A stretch of 64,000 nucleotides of DNA from an uncultured Gammaproteobacteria bacterium (GTDB lineage: Bacteria; Pseudomonadota; Gammaproteobacteria; JAGOUU01). A program made the position numbers and the translations under genes. This document shows positions 27,540 through 36,459 of the stretch, piece by piece. The DNA lies in the NCBI GenBank assembly GCA_964609155.1, contig CAZSRF010000001.1:102617-166616 (forward strand). The letters are read 5' to 3'. How positions within the stretch are numbered: the first letter of the stretch is position 1; the number at the start of each line of letters is the position of its first letter. The notes beneath the pieces are model-generated. The model was not told where the DNA came from. It ran no database searches and saw nothing but the letters and a program-made list of their open reading frames with translations.

Positions 27540-27803
27540 TTAATCTTCTATTGCTATAGTCTTATTTCTAGATTTTAGCCCTTTAATAATACTTATTTTT
27601 GATTTTGGAATACTTAATTCTTTAGCCAATAATTTTATAACTTGATTATTAGCCTTGCCATCTTCAGGTGTAACTGTAACATAAATTTTAACTTGATAAA
27701 TCCCACCCTCTTCTGAAATTGCTATTTTATTCGAATTGGCATTTGGAATCACTTTTATTTCCATTTTATTTTTGTTAGTTTTAAAAATTTCTTTTAAGTT
27801 CAT
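27540..27803 (-). CDS. DUF167 (YggU/UPF0235) family protein
   Basis: The 87-aa product contains the ...V.V.P.DGKAN..VI..LAK.L.I.KS.I.I..G..SR.K.I pattern. Confidence 0.7.
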   Translation of the reverse strand: MNLKEIFKTNKNKMEIKVIPNANSNKIAISEEGGIYQVKIYVTVTPEDGKANNQVIKLLAKELSIPKSKISIIKGLKSRNKTIAIED

Positions 27804-27994
27804 AAAGACGCCTTAAAAAGGTTCTAGCGAAGATTGATTTAATTATAGCTATTACAGTATTATTATTTTTTAAAAATAATTTGTACAAAACATGAACAAT
27901 TTATTAAGTACTGATTACAGCAATAAAAAATCTAGATATCAACAACAATATACCTCTTGCGCTGTTGATCACTATTAGTATGAATTCAATCATT

Positions 27995-28404
27995 TTATTT
28001 ATTTTTGGTTTTGAATATTTTTTTAACTGTTTCTACAGGAGCACCACCACAACTAGCTGCAAAATAGCTCGGAGACCACAATACATCCTTCCAATATAAC
28101 TTGCTAATTTGTTTTTCGAATTCTATTCTAAGCATTCTAGAAGAAACTCCTTTTAGGCTATTCACTAATTTAGATAGTTGCACTTTTGGAGGATAGTGGA
28201 TTAATAAATGCACATAGTCGTTTTCTCCATCAAATTCAGTTAATGCTACCTTAAAGTCATTGCAGACAGATAAAAAATAGACTTTAAATATTCAAGCATA
28301 GATTTAGTGAATACTACATTTCTATATTTTGTTACAAAGACCAAATAGACATGCATATTATAAACAACATGTCTGCCGGTTCTAATTTTAGTTGAATCAT
28401 TCAT
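27995..28404 (-). pseudogene. tnpA: IS200/IS605 Y1 transposase TnpA, frameshifted
   Basis: The frame from the ATG at 28404 gives MNDSTKIRTGRHVVYNMHVYLVFVTKYRNVVFTKSMLEYLKSIF and then stops. A second frame continues ...LSVCNDFKVALTEFDGENDYVHLLIHYPPKVQLSKLVNSLKGVSSRML...LWSPSYFAASCGGAP. The switch falls in a T-run at ~28272-28277. Confidence 0.8.
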
Positions 28405-28426
28405 GGGCCAAGATTATAATCCAAAC

Positions 28427-28629
28427 ATGATAATAAAAAAAGCTTATAAATACAAATTACATCTAACTAAAGAGCAGGCACCGATAGTAACAATAGAAAG
28501 ACTCAAGACAAATTTGAGTGCATAAAGTGTCACTATCAAGATAATGCTGATATAAATGCAGCAAAAAATATATTAGCGGCAGGGCATGCCGTGTTGCGGA
28601 GCAAGCACATACGCGCGGCGTTGATGTAA
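28427..28629 (+). pseudogene. tnpB: TnpB (IS605 OrfB) remnant: the N-terminal ~20 codons are joined to the C-terminal zinc-finger/RuvC-III fragment
   Basis: The segment begins MIIKKAYKYKLHLTKEQAP... (typical TnpB N-terminus). After an apparent large internal deletion it continues KFECIKCHYQDNADINAAKNILAAGHAV... (typical TnpB C-terminus). Confidence 0.7.
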
Positions 28630-28808
28630 GAACCTACCTCGGAATTATCCTGCGGGAATCACCTTCTCTTTAGGAAGGTGAGGATGTCAATAGCATGGAG
28701 CGTGATGAAAGATTTGCTAGAATATGTCGTCTTGAAGAAAAATATAGAAAATTTGGTAGTAAATGAAAAGTAGAATATTTAAGAATCAATTTTATTAAAG
28801 AGGTAGTT

Positions 28809-29150
28809 ATGAATTTTGATCAGTGTCCAAAGTGTAGCTCTAAAAATGTATATTTTGATGGTAATCTCTGGAATTGTCCGGAATGTTTTTATGAATGGAA
28901 TGATTCAGATACTAGTACTGCTTCTAGTGATCATGTTATAAAAGATGCATATGGGACTCAGTTATCTGATGGGGATTCGGTAACTTTGATTAAAGAACTT
29001 AAAGTTAAAGGCTCATCTGCGGCTATTAAAATTGGCACTAAGGTTAAAAATATTAAACTTGGTGATTTTGGTGCTGGTCACAATATAAGTTGTAAAATTG
29101 ACGGATTTGGATCTATGAACTTAAAGTCAGAGTTTATCAAAAAAGCCTAA
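28809..29150 (+). CDS. yjdM: PhnA/YjdM zinc-ribbon protein
   Basis: The N-terminal zinc ribbon is [10 protein letters not shown]...WNCPEC, and the C-terminal domain reads ...[36 protein letters not shown]. Confidence 0.8.
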   Translation: MNFDQCPKCSSKNVYFDGNLWNCPECFYEWNDSDTSTASSDHVIKDAYGTQLSDGDSVTLIKELKVKGSSAAIKIGTKVKNIKLGDFGAGHNISCKIDGFGSMNLKSEFIKKA

Positions 29151-29322
29151 TTTCATCAATATTCAAGTTTGTTGTATTACTGCCTACGAGGCAAATCGTG
29201 CCGCAAGTTGAGCCTGTAATTTATGGCGGAGCAATTCCATTTCGGTATTTTTGTTAAAGTGGGTTTAATTGACGCTTACGCTAGGTTAACGTTCACCATG
29301 TTCAATAAAACTCCGAATCTTT

Positions 29323-29360
29323 AGAGCCGAGAGAGTAGACCGGTCTGCTCTCTCGGCTCT
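29323..29360. repeat. 38-nt near-perfect palindrome inside a GC-richer intergenic segment
   Basis: The sequence is agagccgagagagTagacc|ggtctGctctctcggctct, with 18 of 19 positions self-complementary. Confidence 0.8.
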
Positions 29361-29409
29361 GATCGCAAGGGTAAACGCTTACCTACACTCTAACCTAAAC
29401 ATTCGATGT

Positions 29410-30843
29410 TTATATTAGTCCAGCATAATATTCACGCAATAGCTTGTGCTGGACATTAACTGCACAACCTGCAATAGCTTTTTCATACTCTTCTCCGTAG
29501 CTTGGTAACGAGGTAATTAAAAGCGATGCTGGTGCATAACCAAAATGAATACTTCTTGCAGAGCCCCCTCTCTCTACTCTTAGTACAGAATAATGATGAT
29601 CACGCATAGTTCTAAATGCAATAATATTGCGACTTATTTCCTCATACAAACATAATAAAAAATAACTACACCATACAGAATTCACCATACGACCAATAAA
29701 CTGACCGACAATATATTTTATAGACTGTAACACGGGTATATAAGTTAAAGAAAGACTCCCTTTAGATATTCTAGGGTGCATGTCAGTATAAATCTTTTTA
29801 AAGTATTCACTGTCAATGTGTTCTTTTATCTCTGCAAGTCCTTCTAAAGTGACGATACAACCATTTTGACATAAGAATAAAATTAATTTACATATTAACA
29901 ACTCCTGCATTACTGCCGTATTAACAGGTATACCATGTTCATCTAATACTGAACCATCCTTACTTTTTTGATAGGTTAATCTCCCAGCTGCTGATCCATG
30001 ATGCCCAGGTAAAACTTCTATTTCAAAAATTGTTTTAGCATCTAACGGTCGTGGAACTATCGCGTGAAAAGCAGAGGTTCTTTCATCAGCTGCCAAAATA
30101 GTAATACATACTTTAACAATTGGCGGAATATAATAGACCAATGGATTACACCATGTCGTGAAACGTATACCTCCTGGAACAGGTTCATTAATAGCTATAT
30201 TAATTTTACACTTTCCTATAGTCATTATTATATTAGCAGTATATCGTGAAATATTAACAATCTGTTGTCGATATTTAATTGAGTTTAATTCTGTTAAAAA
30301 TACTTCTAAATACAACTTGGCTTTATCAAATTTACGTTTTGATAATCCTGTTCTAGTGTATAATTCTCTGCTTAATTCTAGTTCTTGCAATAATAGATTG
30401 GGCGAGCTTTTAACAATGTCTAATAAAGACACACTTTGATGCCGCTGTAGAGTATTTTTTACTAACTGAAGATAATTAACAATCAAAATTATTTCGATAG
30501 ATCCACGACTATGCCCTATTAAATTAATAGTTGTCTGTGGATCACCTTTTGCTAAGACATATAGCAGATCTAAAAGCCCCAATACTAGTTTTTCCCGTAT
30601 GTTCGTCCCAATATAATTAGGGCCATTGATGATTGTTTTTGTAAAAGATCCTTTTGAGCTAAAGCCTGTTGCTATGCCAAGACGTTCATCAATAATTTTA
30701 TTTTCATAGGGAGCTATTGCTTCCCATAAAAATTGAATCGTTCCAAATCTTTCAAACGATGGACTATGCTTAGTTGTAAGGCATGGATATGTATGATTTG
30801 TACCTAGACATGCTAGAACATGGGTCAGTGGCATTTGTATCAC
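29410..30843 (-). CDS. Hypothetical protein with a GxSxG nucleophile elbow (putative alpha/beta hydrolase/lipase); effector candidate
   Basis: The 477-aa ORF has a good SD (aggaaagg) upstream of its ATG. The motif TINLIGHSRGSIE loosely resembles the G(F/H)SRG(A/S) elbow of DUF2235/Tle1-type hydrolases. I recognise no other family signal. Confidence 0.5.
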   Translation of the reverse strand: MIQMPLTHVLACLGTNHTYPCLTTKHSPSFERFGTIQFLWEAIAPYENKIIDERLGIATGFSSKGSFTKTIINGPNYIGTNIREKLVLGLLDLLYVLAKGDPQTTINLIGHSRGSIEIILIVNYLQLVKNTLQRHQSVSLLDIVKSSPNLLLQELELSRELYTRTGLSKRKFDKAKLYLEVFLTELNSIKYRQQIVNISRYTANIIMTIGKCKINIAINEPVPGGIRFTTWCNPLVYYIPPIVKVCITILAADERTSAFHAIVPRPLDAKTIFEIEVLPGHHGSAAGRLTYQKSKDGSVLDEHGIPVNTAVMQELLICKLILFLCQNGCIVTLEGLAEIKEHIDSEYFKKIYTDMHPRISKGSLSLTYIPVLQSIKYIVGQFIGRMVNSVWCSYFLLCLYEEISRNIIAFRTMRDHHYSVLRVERGGSARSIHFGYAPASLLITSLPSYGEEYEKAIAGCAVNVQHKLLREYYAGLI

Positions 30844-30923
30844 CTTTCCTACAGCTAACCATTTCTAATATCGTTTTATAAATAGCATATTATCAAGATA
30901 TTAATCTATTTAAATATAAATAT

Positions 30924-31496
30924 TCAATCCACGTAAAGCTTGAGTTGCTCAGTAATTGAAAACAAATCTTGCTCTAATCTGCCTTTTTTTTCCAGAATAC
31001 CTAACATTTTTGCAGTAAGTTCTGTTTTTTGTTGTGGTGTTTGTTGTATTTTTATATATAGCAACTGCTTATTCGGGTTTTGGTAACCATTGTCCAAGAA
31101 GGTTAACATCTTTTCAAGAGAGTTTTTCTGACAAAGTAGACTATTAATAGATATTTTATCATTATCATTTCTTGATGATTGTTTTGATTTAAAGTTTCTT
31201 AAGCTTCTTAATACTTTAAATAAAGCAAAGATTTTTGCTTCTAGTCTCTCTAAATAGAATGTTTTATAAAGATTATTTTTGTTTAATTTGACATTATTGT
31301 AATCTTTAATGATGTCTTCCAAATAGTACTGATATTCAATATAATTACTTTTAAAAATAGGCCTAAGATTTAAAAATAATTTTTTATTATAAAAAATCTT
31401 TTGCCATCTGCTATCTTTTTGTAAATCCACAATAAAATGCTCTATTTTAGCTATTTGCTGAGCCAAGCGTTGTAGCAGCTCTTGTTCAGATTGCAT
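30924..31496 (-). CDS. Hypothetical coiled-coil protein, with a weak and unverified resemblance to primosomal protein PriC
   Basis: The 190-aa ORF is the last gene of the yrfG-like/nudix/cysQ string. It is helical and heptad-rich. Only its overall architecture recalls PriC. Confidence 0.45.
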   Translation of the reverse strand: MQSEQELLQRLAQQIAKIEHFIVDLQKDSRWQKIFYNKKLFLNLRPIFKSNYIEYQYYLEDIIKDYNNVKLNKNNLYKTFYLERLEAKIFALFKVLRSLRNFKSKQSSRNDNDKISINSLLCQKNSLEKMLTFLDNGYQNPNKQLLYIKIQQTPQQKTELTAKMLGILEKKGRLEQDLFSITEQLKLYVD

Positions 31497-31504
31497 AGTA
31501 TCTA

Positions 31505-32401
31505 TTATAAATTTTCAAAAAGTTGTACCCAATCAAATGTTTTGTATTCAACATTGGCAGCAAAAAATTCAGGATTAATAAGATCATTAGGTTTATTGTA
31601 ACTCAATCTCTCACCTTTTAAATTATGAACAATTCCGCCAGCTTCATGCACTATTAAATCCCCAGCTGCTGTATCCCACTCACTTGTTGCTCCAAACCTT
31701 GGATATAAATCAGCTGTTCCTTCAGCAATAAAACCAAATTTTAATGCACTACCACTAGTTAGAATTTTATATTTTAGCCCTAATGTAGTTAATTGTTGCA
31801 GCAAGTTATTATATCTGGGATTATTAAGATGTCGACTACTTGTAACTATATTGATTATTCTCTGTTTAGTTTTTTCTTTAGTACTAAAATTACTTCTTTT
31901 TAGGTTCTTTTGGATTGTTAACCCTGTAGTTAACTTATATGCACCGTTATTTAAAATACCATAGTAGGCTATATCTATGAATGGAGCATAGATTATACCA
32001 ATAATAGGCTTATTTTCGTACATTAAAGCTATATTAATACAAAACTCTCCCGTCCTATCAATAAATTCTTTAGTACCATCTAAAGGATCGACTAGCCAAT
32101 ATAAATTAGCATCAAGATGAGAACTCACTGTAGACAATTCCGAAGGTTCTGATTCTTCAGAAATAACATAATCAGAAATTAATTTATTATTCAGCTTAAT
32201 ATTTTTTAAATTTTGTACTATGACTTTGTGCGATGCAATATCAGCCGCTGTCACAGGAGAATTATCTGCTTTACGAATAACATCTTGTTCACAAGTAAAT
32301 TTATTATAACATTCTATAATGACTTGCCCAGCTTGCTTAGCAAGCTGCAAACACTGCTGACTTATTATAGTAAGCTCTTGTATACTATAAATTGTTACCA
32401 T
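31505..32401 (-). CDS. cysQ: 3'(2'),5'-bisphosphate nucleotidase (inositol monophosphatase family), CysQ-like
   Basis: The motifs are SEES…, WLVDPLDGTKEF and WDTAAGDLIV. Confidence 0.8.
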   Translation of the reverse strand: MVTIYSIQELTIISQQCLQLAKQAGQVIIECYNKFTCEQDVIRKADNSPVTAADIASHKVIVQNLKNIKLNNKLISDYVISEESEPSELSTVSSHLDANLYWLVDPLDGTKEFIDRTGEFCINIALMYENKPIIGIIYAPFIDIAYYGILNNGAYKLTTGLTIQKNLKRSNFSTKEKTKQRIINIVTSSRHLNNPRYNNLLQQLTTLGLKYKILTSGSALKFGFIAEGTADLYPRFGATSEWDTAAGDLIVHEAGGIVHNLKGERLSYNKPNDLINPEFFAANVEYKTFDWVQLFENL

Positions 32402-32930
32402 TTTCTAAAAAAGCCTTAGCAATAAATATTCCCGCTATACTTCGTGCATCTGTAATCTGCTTATTAAGAATCAGATGATGTATCTTGTTAATATCATAAT
32501 AAATCACTTCTAATGGCTCTGGTTCATCGCCTGTTAATTTATTTGGCGTTAATTCTTGAGCCAGAACCAACTCTGAAACATGACTCATATAGTTAGGTGA
32601 GACTGTTAGTTGCGACAAAAATTGTATCTTACCTGATGCAAATCCAATTTCTTCTCGTAATTCACGATTTGCAGCAACTAACACATCCTCACCAAACTCA
32701 ACAAGCCCCCTTGGTAAACCTAGTTCGTATTGCTCTGTTCCTGCAGCATACTCCTTGATTAGAACAACTGTACAAGCATCTATCATAGGTACTACCATCA
32801 CTGATTTTCTACCACTTGATTTTAATCTCTCAAAGGTTCGAGTTTGACCATTAGTAAACTCTAGGTCAACCTGCTCTATTCTAAATAGCCTAGTTTGTGC
32901 AAGCAACGTGATGTTAGTTATTTTTGTCAT
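32385..32930 (-). CDS. NUDIX hydrolase (ADP-sugar/ADP-compound pyrophosphatase, NudE-like)
   Basis: The Nudix box is GLVEFGEDVLVAANRELREEIGF. Confidence 0.8.
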   Translation of the reverse strand: MTKITNITLLAQTRLFRIEQVDLEFTNGQTRTFERLKSSGRKSVMVVPMIDACTVVLIKEYAAGTEQYELGLPRGLVEFGEDVLVAANRELREEIGFASGKIQFLSQLTVSPNYMSHVSELVLAQELTPNKLTGDEPEPLEVIYYDINKIHHLILNKQITDARSIAGIFIAKAFLENGNNL

Positions 32931-33673
32931 TTAATTGAACCATCAAGATTTGGGATAACATCACAATTTGTTAATTTATCAGGCATTATAGCTTGAAAGT
33001 TCTTGATGTATTTTATAGATTTTTTTGTGTTCACATCTGGGCTTGCGTGTTCTGTCGCAAGAAGCATTACTGATGCTAAACCAACGTCGGTTGCAACATC
33101 AACTGTATGAAAACTACTATCAAATAAAATAGCAGCGTTAGAATCCACCCCTAATTGTTCTAGATAGCAAGGCCAAAAATTACGATCTTGCTTTAACATG
33201 TTCAAACTTAAACTCGATGTAATGCTATCAAAAAAATGATCTAGCCCTAAAAATCTAACCTTATAATCTAAAATAGTTGGATGCGCATTTGAGATTATAT
33301 GACATTTTGGTTTTGGATTCAAACTAAATATATAAAACAGTAACTTTTCAACATGTTCATTAAGTTTAATTAAATACGAATACTTTTGTTTTAAATCTAG
33401 AATATTAATTCCTAATTTCTTTTCCCAATAATCTATTGAATAGAGTTCAGTCATATTAGCAACATCATTTAGATATGCTTGCAATAGTGACTTAGATTGC
33501 TCAATATTGAGAGAACGTACTTTAGAATAACTGGTTGGGACTATTTCACCCCAAAATAATTTATCAAAATTACCGTTTAATAATGTGCCATCTAATCCAA
33601 AGAAAATATGTTTTTTGCGAGACCATTGGGATAAATCAAAGTTAATATTTTGTTCCATCAACATTAAATCCAT
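32927..33673 (-). CDS. HAD-superfamily YrfG-like protein with a substituted motif I
   Basis: The sequence HIFFGLDGTLLNGNFDKLFWGEIVP…IISNAHP…LFDSS parallels the remembered E. coli YrfG (LLDMDGTLLDLAFDNYFWQKLVP…LLTNAHP…FIDDS). Confidence 0.65.
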   Translation of the reverse strand: MDLMLMEQNINFDLSQWSRKKHIFFGLDGTLLNGNFDKLFWGEIVPTSYSKVRSLNIEQSKSLLQAYLNDVANMTELYSIDYWEKKLGINILDLKQKYSYLIKLNEHVEKLLFYIFSLNPKPKCHIISNAHPTILDYKVRFLGLDHFFDSITSSLSLNMLKQDRNFWPCYLEQLGVDSNAAILFDSSFHTVDVATDVGLASVMLLATEHASPDVNTKKSIKYIKNFQAIMPDKLTNCDVIPNLDGSIK

Positions 33674-33762
33674 AATTCTTGTACATCATGTATTATTTTA
33701 TTTTAGCATAGGTGCGTCTTATAATATAATACTTATATACTCAGTGATTACTATGGTACTTT

Positions 33763-34743
33763 ATGCAAAACCTTATAGCTTCAATTATATTGGCTGCTTG
33801 TCTCACCCTCACTACATGTTCTGAGTATGTTAATCTAGGCGCAGAACCAGGTGATGAACAGCTTATGATTCAAGCACGTCAAGCTTATGCTGAAAAACAA
33901 TATGAGGCTAGTTACAAGAACTTGTACCATCTTGCTAACAAAAACAATAAAGAAGCCATGTATGCCCTAGGATATTTATATTATTATGGCTTAGGAGTGG
34001 AAAGTAACCCTAAAATTGCCCAAGACTTAATTAGGCAATCTGCTGATCAAGGTTATAAACCAGCTATGAAGGCATTACGTTTGTTTTCTGCAACAAAATC
34101 TACTTTCACCGTTGATAACTATAATCAAAGTTATATTGCTGATTACTCTCCACCAAAGAGTACCAATAAAAAGAAAACACCATTAGCTCTAAATACATCA
34201 ACTGAAGAAGTTCAAACAACATTACCAGAAACAACTACAGAGTCTGCTGCAAAAGCTGAATCACTCATAAAAGAATTAGCTCAAACAGCTGATGCTACTA
34301 AACCTACAACTATAGAAAACCATGCAAAAAATAGTAACACCACCGTTGAACGCACTTACAAACTACCTAATATTACAATATTTAAATCTCGTGATATCAT
34401 AAAAACAAATGAACTTCTAACCACTGCGTCAAATAAAAAACAAAACACTTCTGCTAATAACTCATGGCTAAACTCACAACAACCCAATAAATATACAATA
34501 CAGATTACGACTAGCAAAGATCAAACAGAAATAGAGAAATTTATAAGCCACAATAATCTAACCAATAAAGCGAACACTTACTCTTATTTATCTAATAACG
34601 AAATTTGGTACGGCGCTGGTTATGGGGTATATGATAACCCATCAGAGGCTTATAAAGCATTATCTGAAATGCCCATCAATTCAAAATCTAGAAAACCTTG
34701 GGTACGGCAATTTAAAAATATTACACCGTCTGCAGTTGGTTAG
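33763..34743 (+). CDS. Lipoprotein with Sel1 (TPR-like) repeats, a low-complexity linker and a C-terminal SPOR-like domain
   Basis: The lipobox is LTLTTCS. The Sel1 repeats read AMYALGYLYYYGLGVESNPKIAQDLIRQSADQGYKPAM. The C-terminal segment KYTIQITTSKDQTEIEKFI…WYGAGYGVYDNPSEAYKAL is SPOR-like. Confidence 0.7.
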   Translation: MQNLIASIILAACLTLTTCSEYVNLGAEPGDEQLMIQARQAYAEKQYEASYKNLYHLANKNNKEAMYALGYLYYYGLGVESNPKIAQDLIRQSADQGYKPAMKALRLFSATKSTFTVDNYNQSYIADYSPPKSTNKKKTPLALNTSTEEVQTTLPETTTESAAKAESLIKELAQTADATKPTTIENHAKNSNTTVERTYKLPNITIFKSRDIIKTNELLTTASNKKQNTSANNSWLNSQQPNKYTIQITTSKDQTEIEKFISHNNLTNKANTYSYLSNNEIWYGAGYGVYDNPSEAYKALSEMPINSKSRKPWVRQFKNITPSAVG

Positions 34744-34746
34744 ATA

Positions 34747-35988
34747 CTAGCTGCCTTCTGATGCTCTTATACGAACTCGTTCTGTTCTAAAACCCATACC
34801 AATGATGTACCCCATAATTTTACTAAGAAATGGTAGCTTTTCTATAATTTTCAATATTAATGGGACTTCAAATAATTTATTTTTATCTATAATTTTATAA
34901 ATCAGATTTTTGTGCATCTGAATTTGCATTTTTTGCGTCCATTTTGTAGGCCATTCACGTCTTTTTTGAACTAGTTTTAAATCGTCTATACTTACTGTTT
35001 TATATATTAATTTTTCAGCTAAAATATTATTGACTGCAATAGCGTCTTGAATCGCTAAATTAATACCAACACCACCTACAGGTGACATTGCATGAGCACT
35101 GTCACCTATACACAACAAACCATCACAATACCATTTTTCTAAACGATTTATTTGTACACTTAATAATTTTACTTTATCCCACGAGTCTAATTCACCTAGT
35201 CTATCTTCTAAGAACTTATTATCTTTAATTATCTGTTTTTTGAAGCTTGTAAGCCCTAAATTTTTTATATCTTCAAATTGATCTTTAGGGATCACAAAAG
35301 CACATTGCCAATAAGTACCTCTGTTGATTATAACCATCATTTGACCTTGTGATAACGCACCAAATGTTTCATCTGAATCCATAATGTTACGACTTAATCG
35401 AAACCATAATACATCTATTGCGACACCATAATTAATTAAATTTAATCCCATTTTTTCATGAATTACTTCACGGACTCTAGAATGCCGACCATCAGCACCT
35501 ATCACTAGCTCACTGTTTATCTGTATATTTTCATTATTGATTTTAGCGACAACGCCAGTAACTTTATTTTTCAATATCAACACATCAAGCACTTCAGCTT
35601 GCATAATAATTCTAAAATTAGGGAATTCATTTGCTTGATCAAGTATAAAATTAAGAAAATCCCATTGCGGCATCATAATCATATAAGGAGGTTTAGTAAA
35701 TCTCCCCATAAGATCCACCATAGTGATCATCTTATTTTGTACTTTGACAGAAACTTTCTTGATTTTTTGATGAGGTTTTTGCAAGAATTTATCTAATAAA
35801 CCAAGCTCCTGCATTGCCCGCAATGTTGATGGATGTACAGTATCTCCACGAAAATCTCTAAAAAAATCAGCATGTTTTTCTAATACTATAACGTCAATTC
35901 CCTGACGCGCTAATAAGTAGCCTGTCATTAGTCCCGCCGGCCCACCACCAGTAATACAACATGTCGTTGTTAATTCACTTTCAGACAT
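34747..35988 (-). CDS. FAD-dependent monooxygenase/oxidoreductase
   Basis: The N-terminal dinucleotide fold is ITGGGPAGLMTGYLLARQGIDVIVLEK. DGRHSRVR and GDSAHAMSPVGGVGINLAIQDA are also present. Confidence 0.75.
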   Translation of the reverse strand: MSESELTTTCCITGGGPAGLMTGYLLARQGIDVIVLEKHADFFRDFRGDTVHPSTLRAMQELGLLDKFLQKPHQKIKKVSVKVQNKMITMVDLMGRFTKPPYMIMMPQWDFLNFILDQANEFPNFRIIMQAEVLDVLILKNKVTGVVAKINNENIQINSELVIGADGRHSRVREVIHEKMGLNLINYGVAIDVLWFRLSRNIMDSDETFGALSQGQMMVIINRGTYWQCAFVIPKDQFEDIKNLGLTSFKKQIIKDNKFLEDRLGELDSWDKVKLLSVQINRLEKWYCDGLLCIGDSAHAMSPVGGVGINLAIQDAIAVNNILAEKLIYKTVSIDDLKLVQKRREWPTKWTQKMQIQMHKNLIYKIIDKNKLFEVPLILKIIEKLPFLSKIMGYIIGMGFRTERVRIRASEGS

Positions 35989-36107
35989 AGTATTAATTCC
36001 ATTTAGTTACTTCTTTAAGTATCTCAAATTGTTATTGTATGACGCTATTTTTTCAGATAGAATCACTGGTGATTTGTTGTTGCGTAGTTATTAGCTTTAT
36101 ATAGTTT

Positions 36108-36458
36108 ATGCCAAAATTATCTCTCAATTCAACTCTCAAAATTGTTAATTATAGCCTAAGTCTTAGCCTGGGTATAACTACAGGGTGCTTATTGGTATAC
36201 AAAGCTAAGGCACCAGCATTACCTAGCATTGCGTTTGCTTTAGCTACTGTGACAATTGCAACACAACTGATTCAGTGTGTCTTTTTAGCTCTATCGGCAC
36301 TGATTGCGAAAATCGCCATAGTTAAAACTGCCATTGACAATTATCGTTTGCAAAACAGAGTCGCTGAGTCTCCTGGTAACACAGAGGTACCAGGCCCAAC
36401 GGAGCACTCAAGTTTAATACTTCCTCCTCTGTATCCGTGTGCCTTTAAATTAAATTAG
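36108..36458 (+). CDS. Hypothetical small membrane protein (two hydrophobic segments)
   Basis: The evidence is the ORF itself and its hydrophobic segments. I recognise no family. Confidence 0.35.
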   Translation: MPKLSLNSTLKIVNYSLSLSLGITTGCLLVYKAKAPALPSIAFALATVTIATQLIQCVFLALSALIAKIAIVKTAIDNYRLQNRVAESPGNTEVPGPTEHSSLILPPLYPCAFKLN

Positions 36459-36459
36459 A

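Larger units (their letters stand above)
27995..28700. mobile_element. Decayed IS200/IS605-family element with divergent tnpA (frameshifted) and tnpB (internally deleted). The boundaries are approximate.
   Basis: See the two pseudogene entries. The 3' flank of the tnpB remnant (…ggaattatcctgcgggaatcaccttctctttaggaaggtgaggatgtcaa) looks like a typical structured IS605-type right end. Confidence 0.7.

Noticed and set aside
28705-28776. A 23-codon ORF (MERDERFARICRLEEKYRKFGSK) between the IS remnant and yjdM
   Set aside because: It is too short, has no recognisable motif or convincing RBS, and is probably incidental.
29160-29400. Tested the GC-rich segment as a tRNA, tmRNA, SRP RNA, 6S RNA or RNase P RNA
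   Set aside because: None of the diagnostic sequences is visible: no GGTTCGAAT-type T-loop, no tmRNA tag/ACCA end, no SRP GGAA-containing domain IV motif and no RNase P conserved blocks. The identity is left open as a finding.
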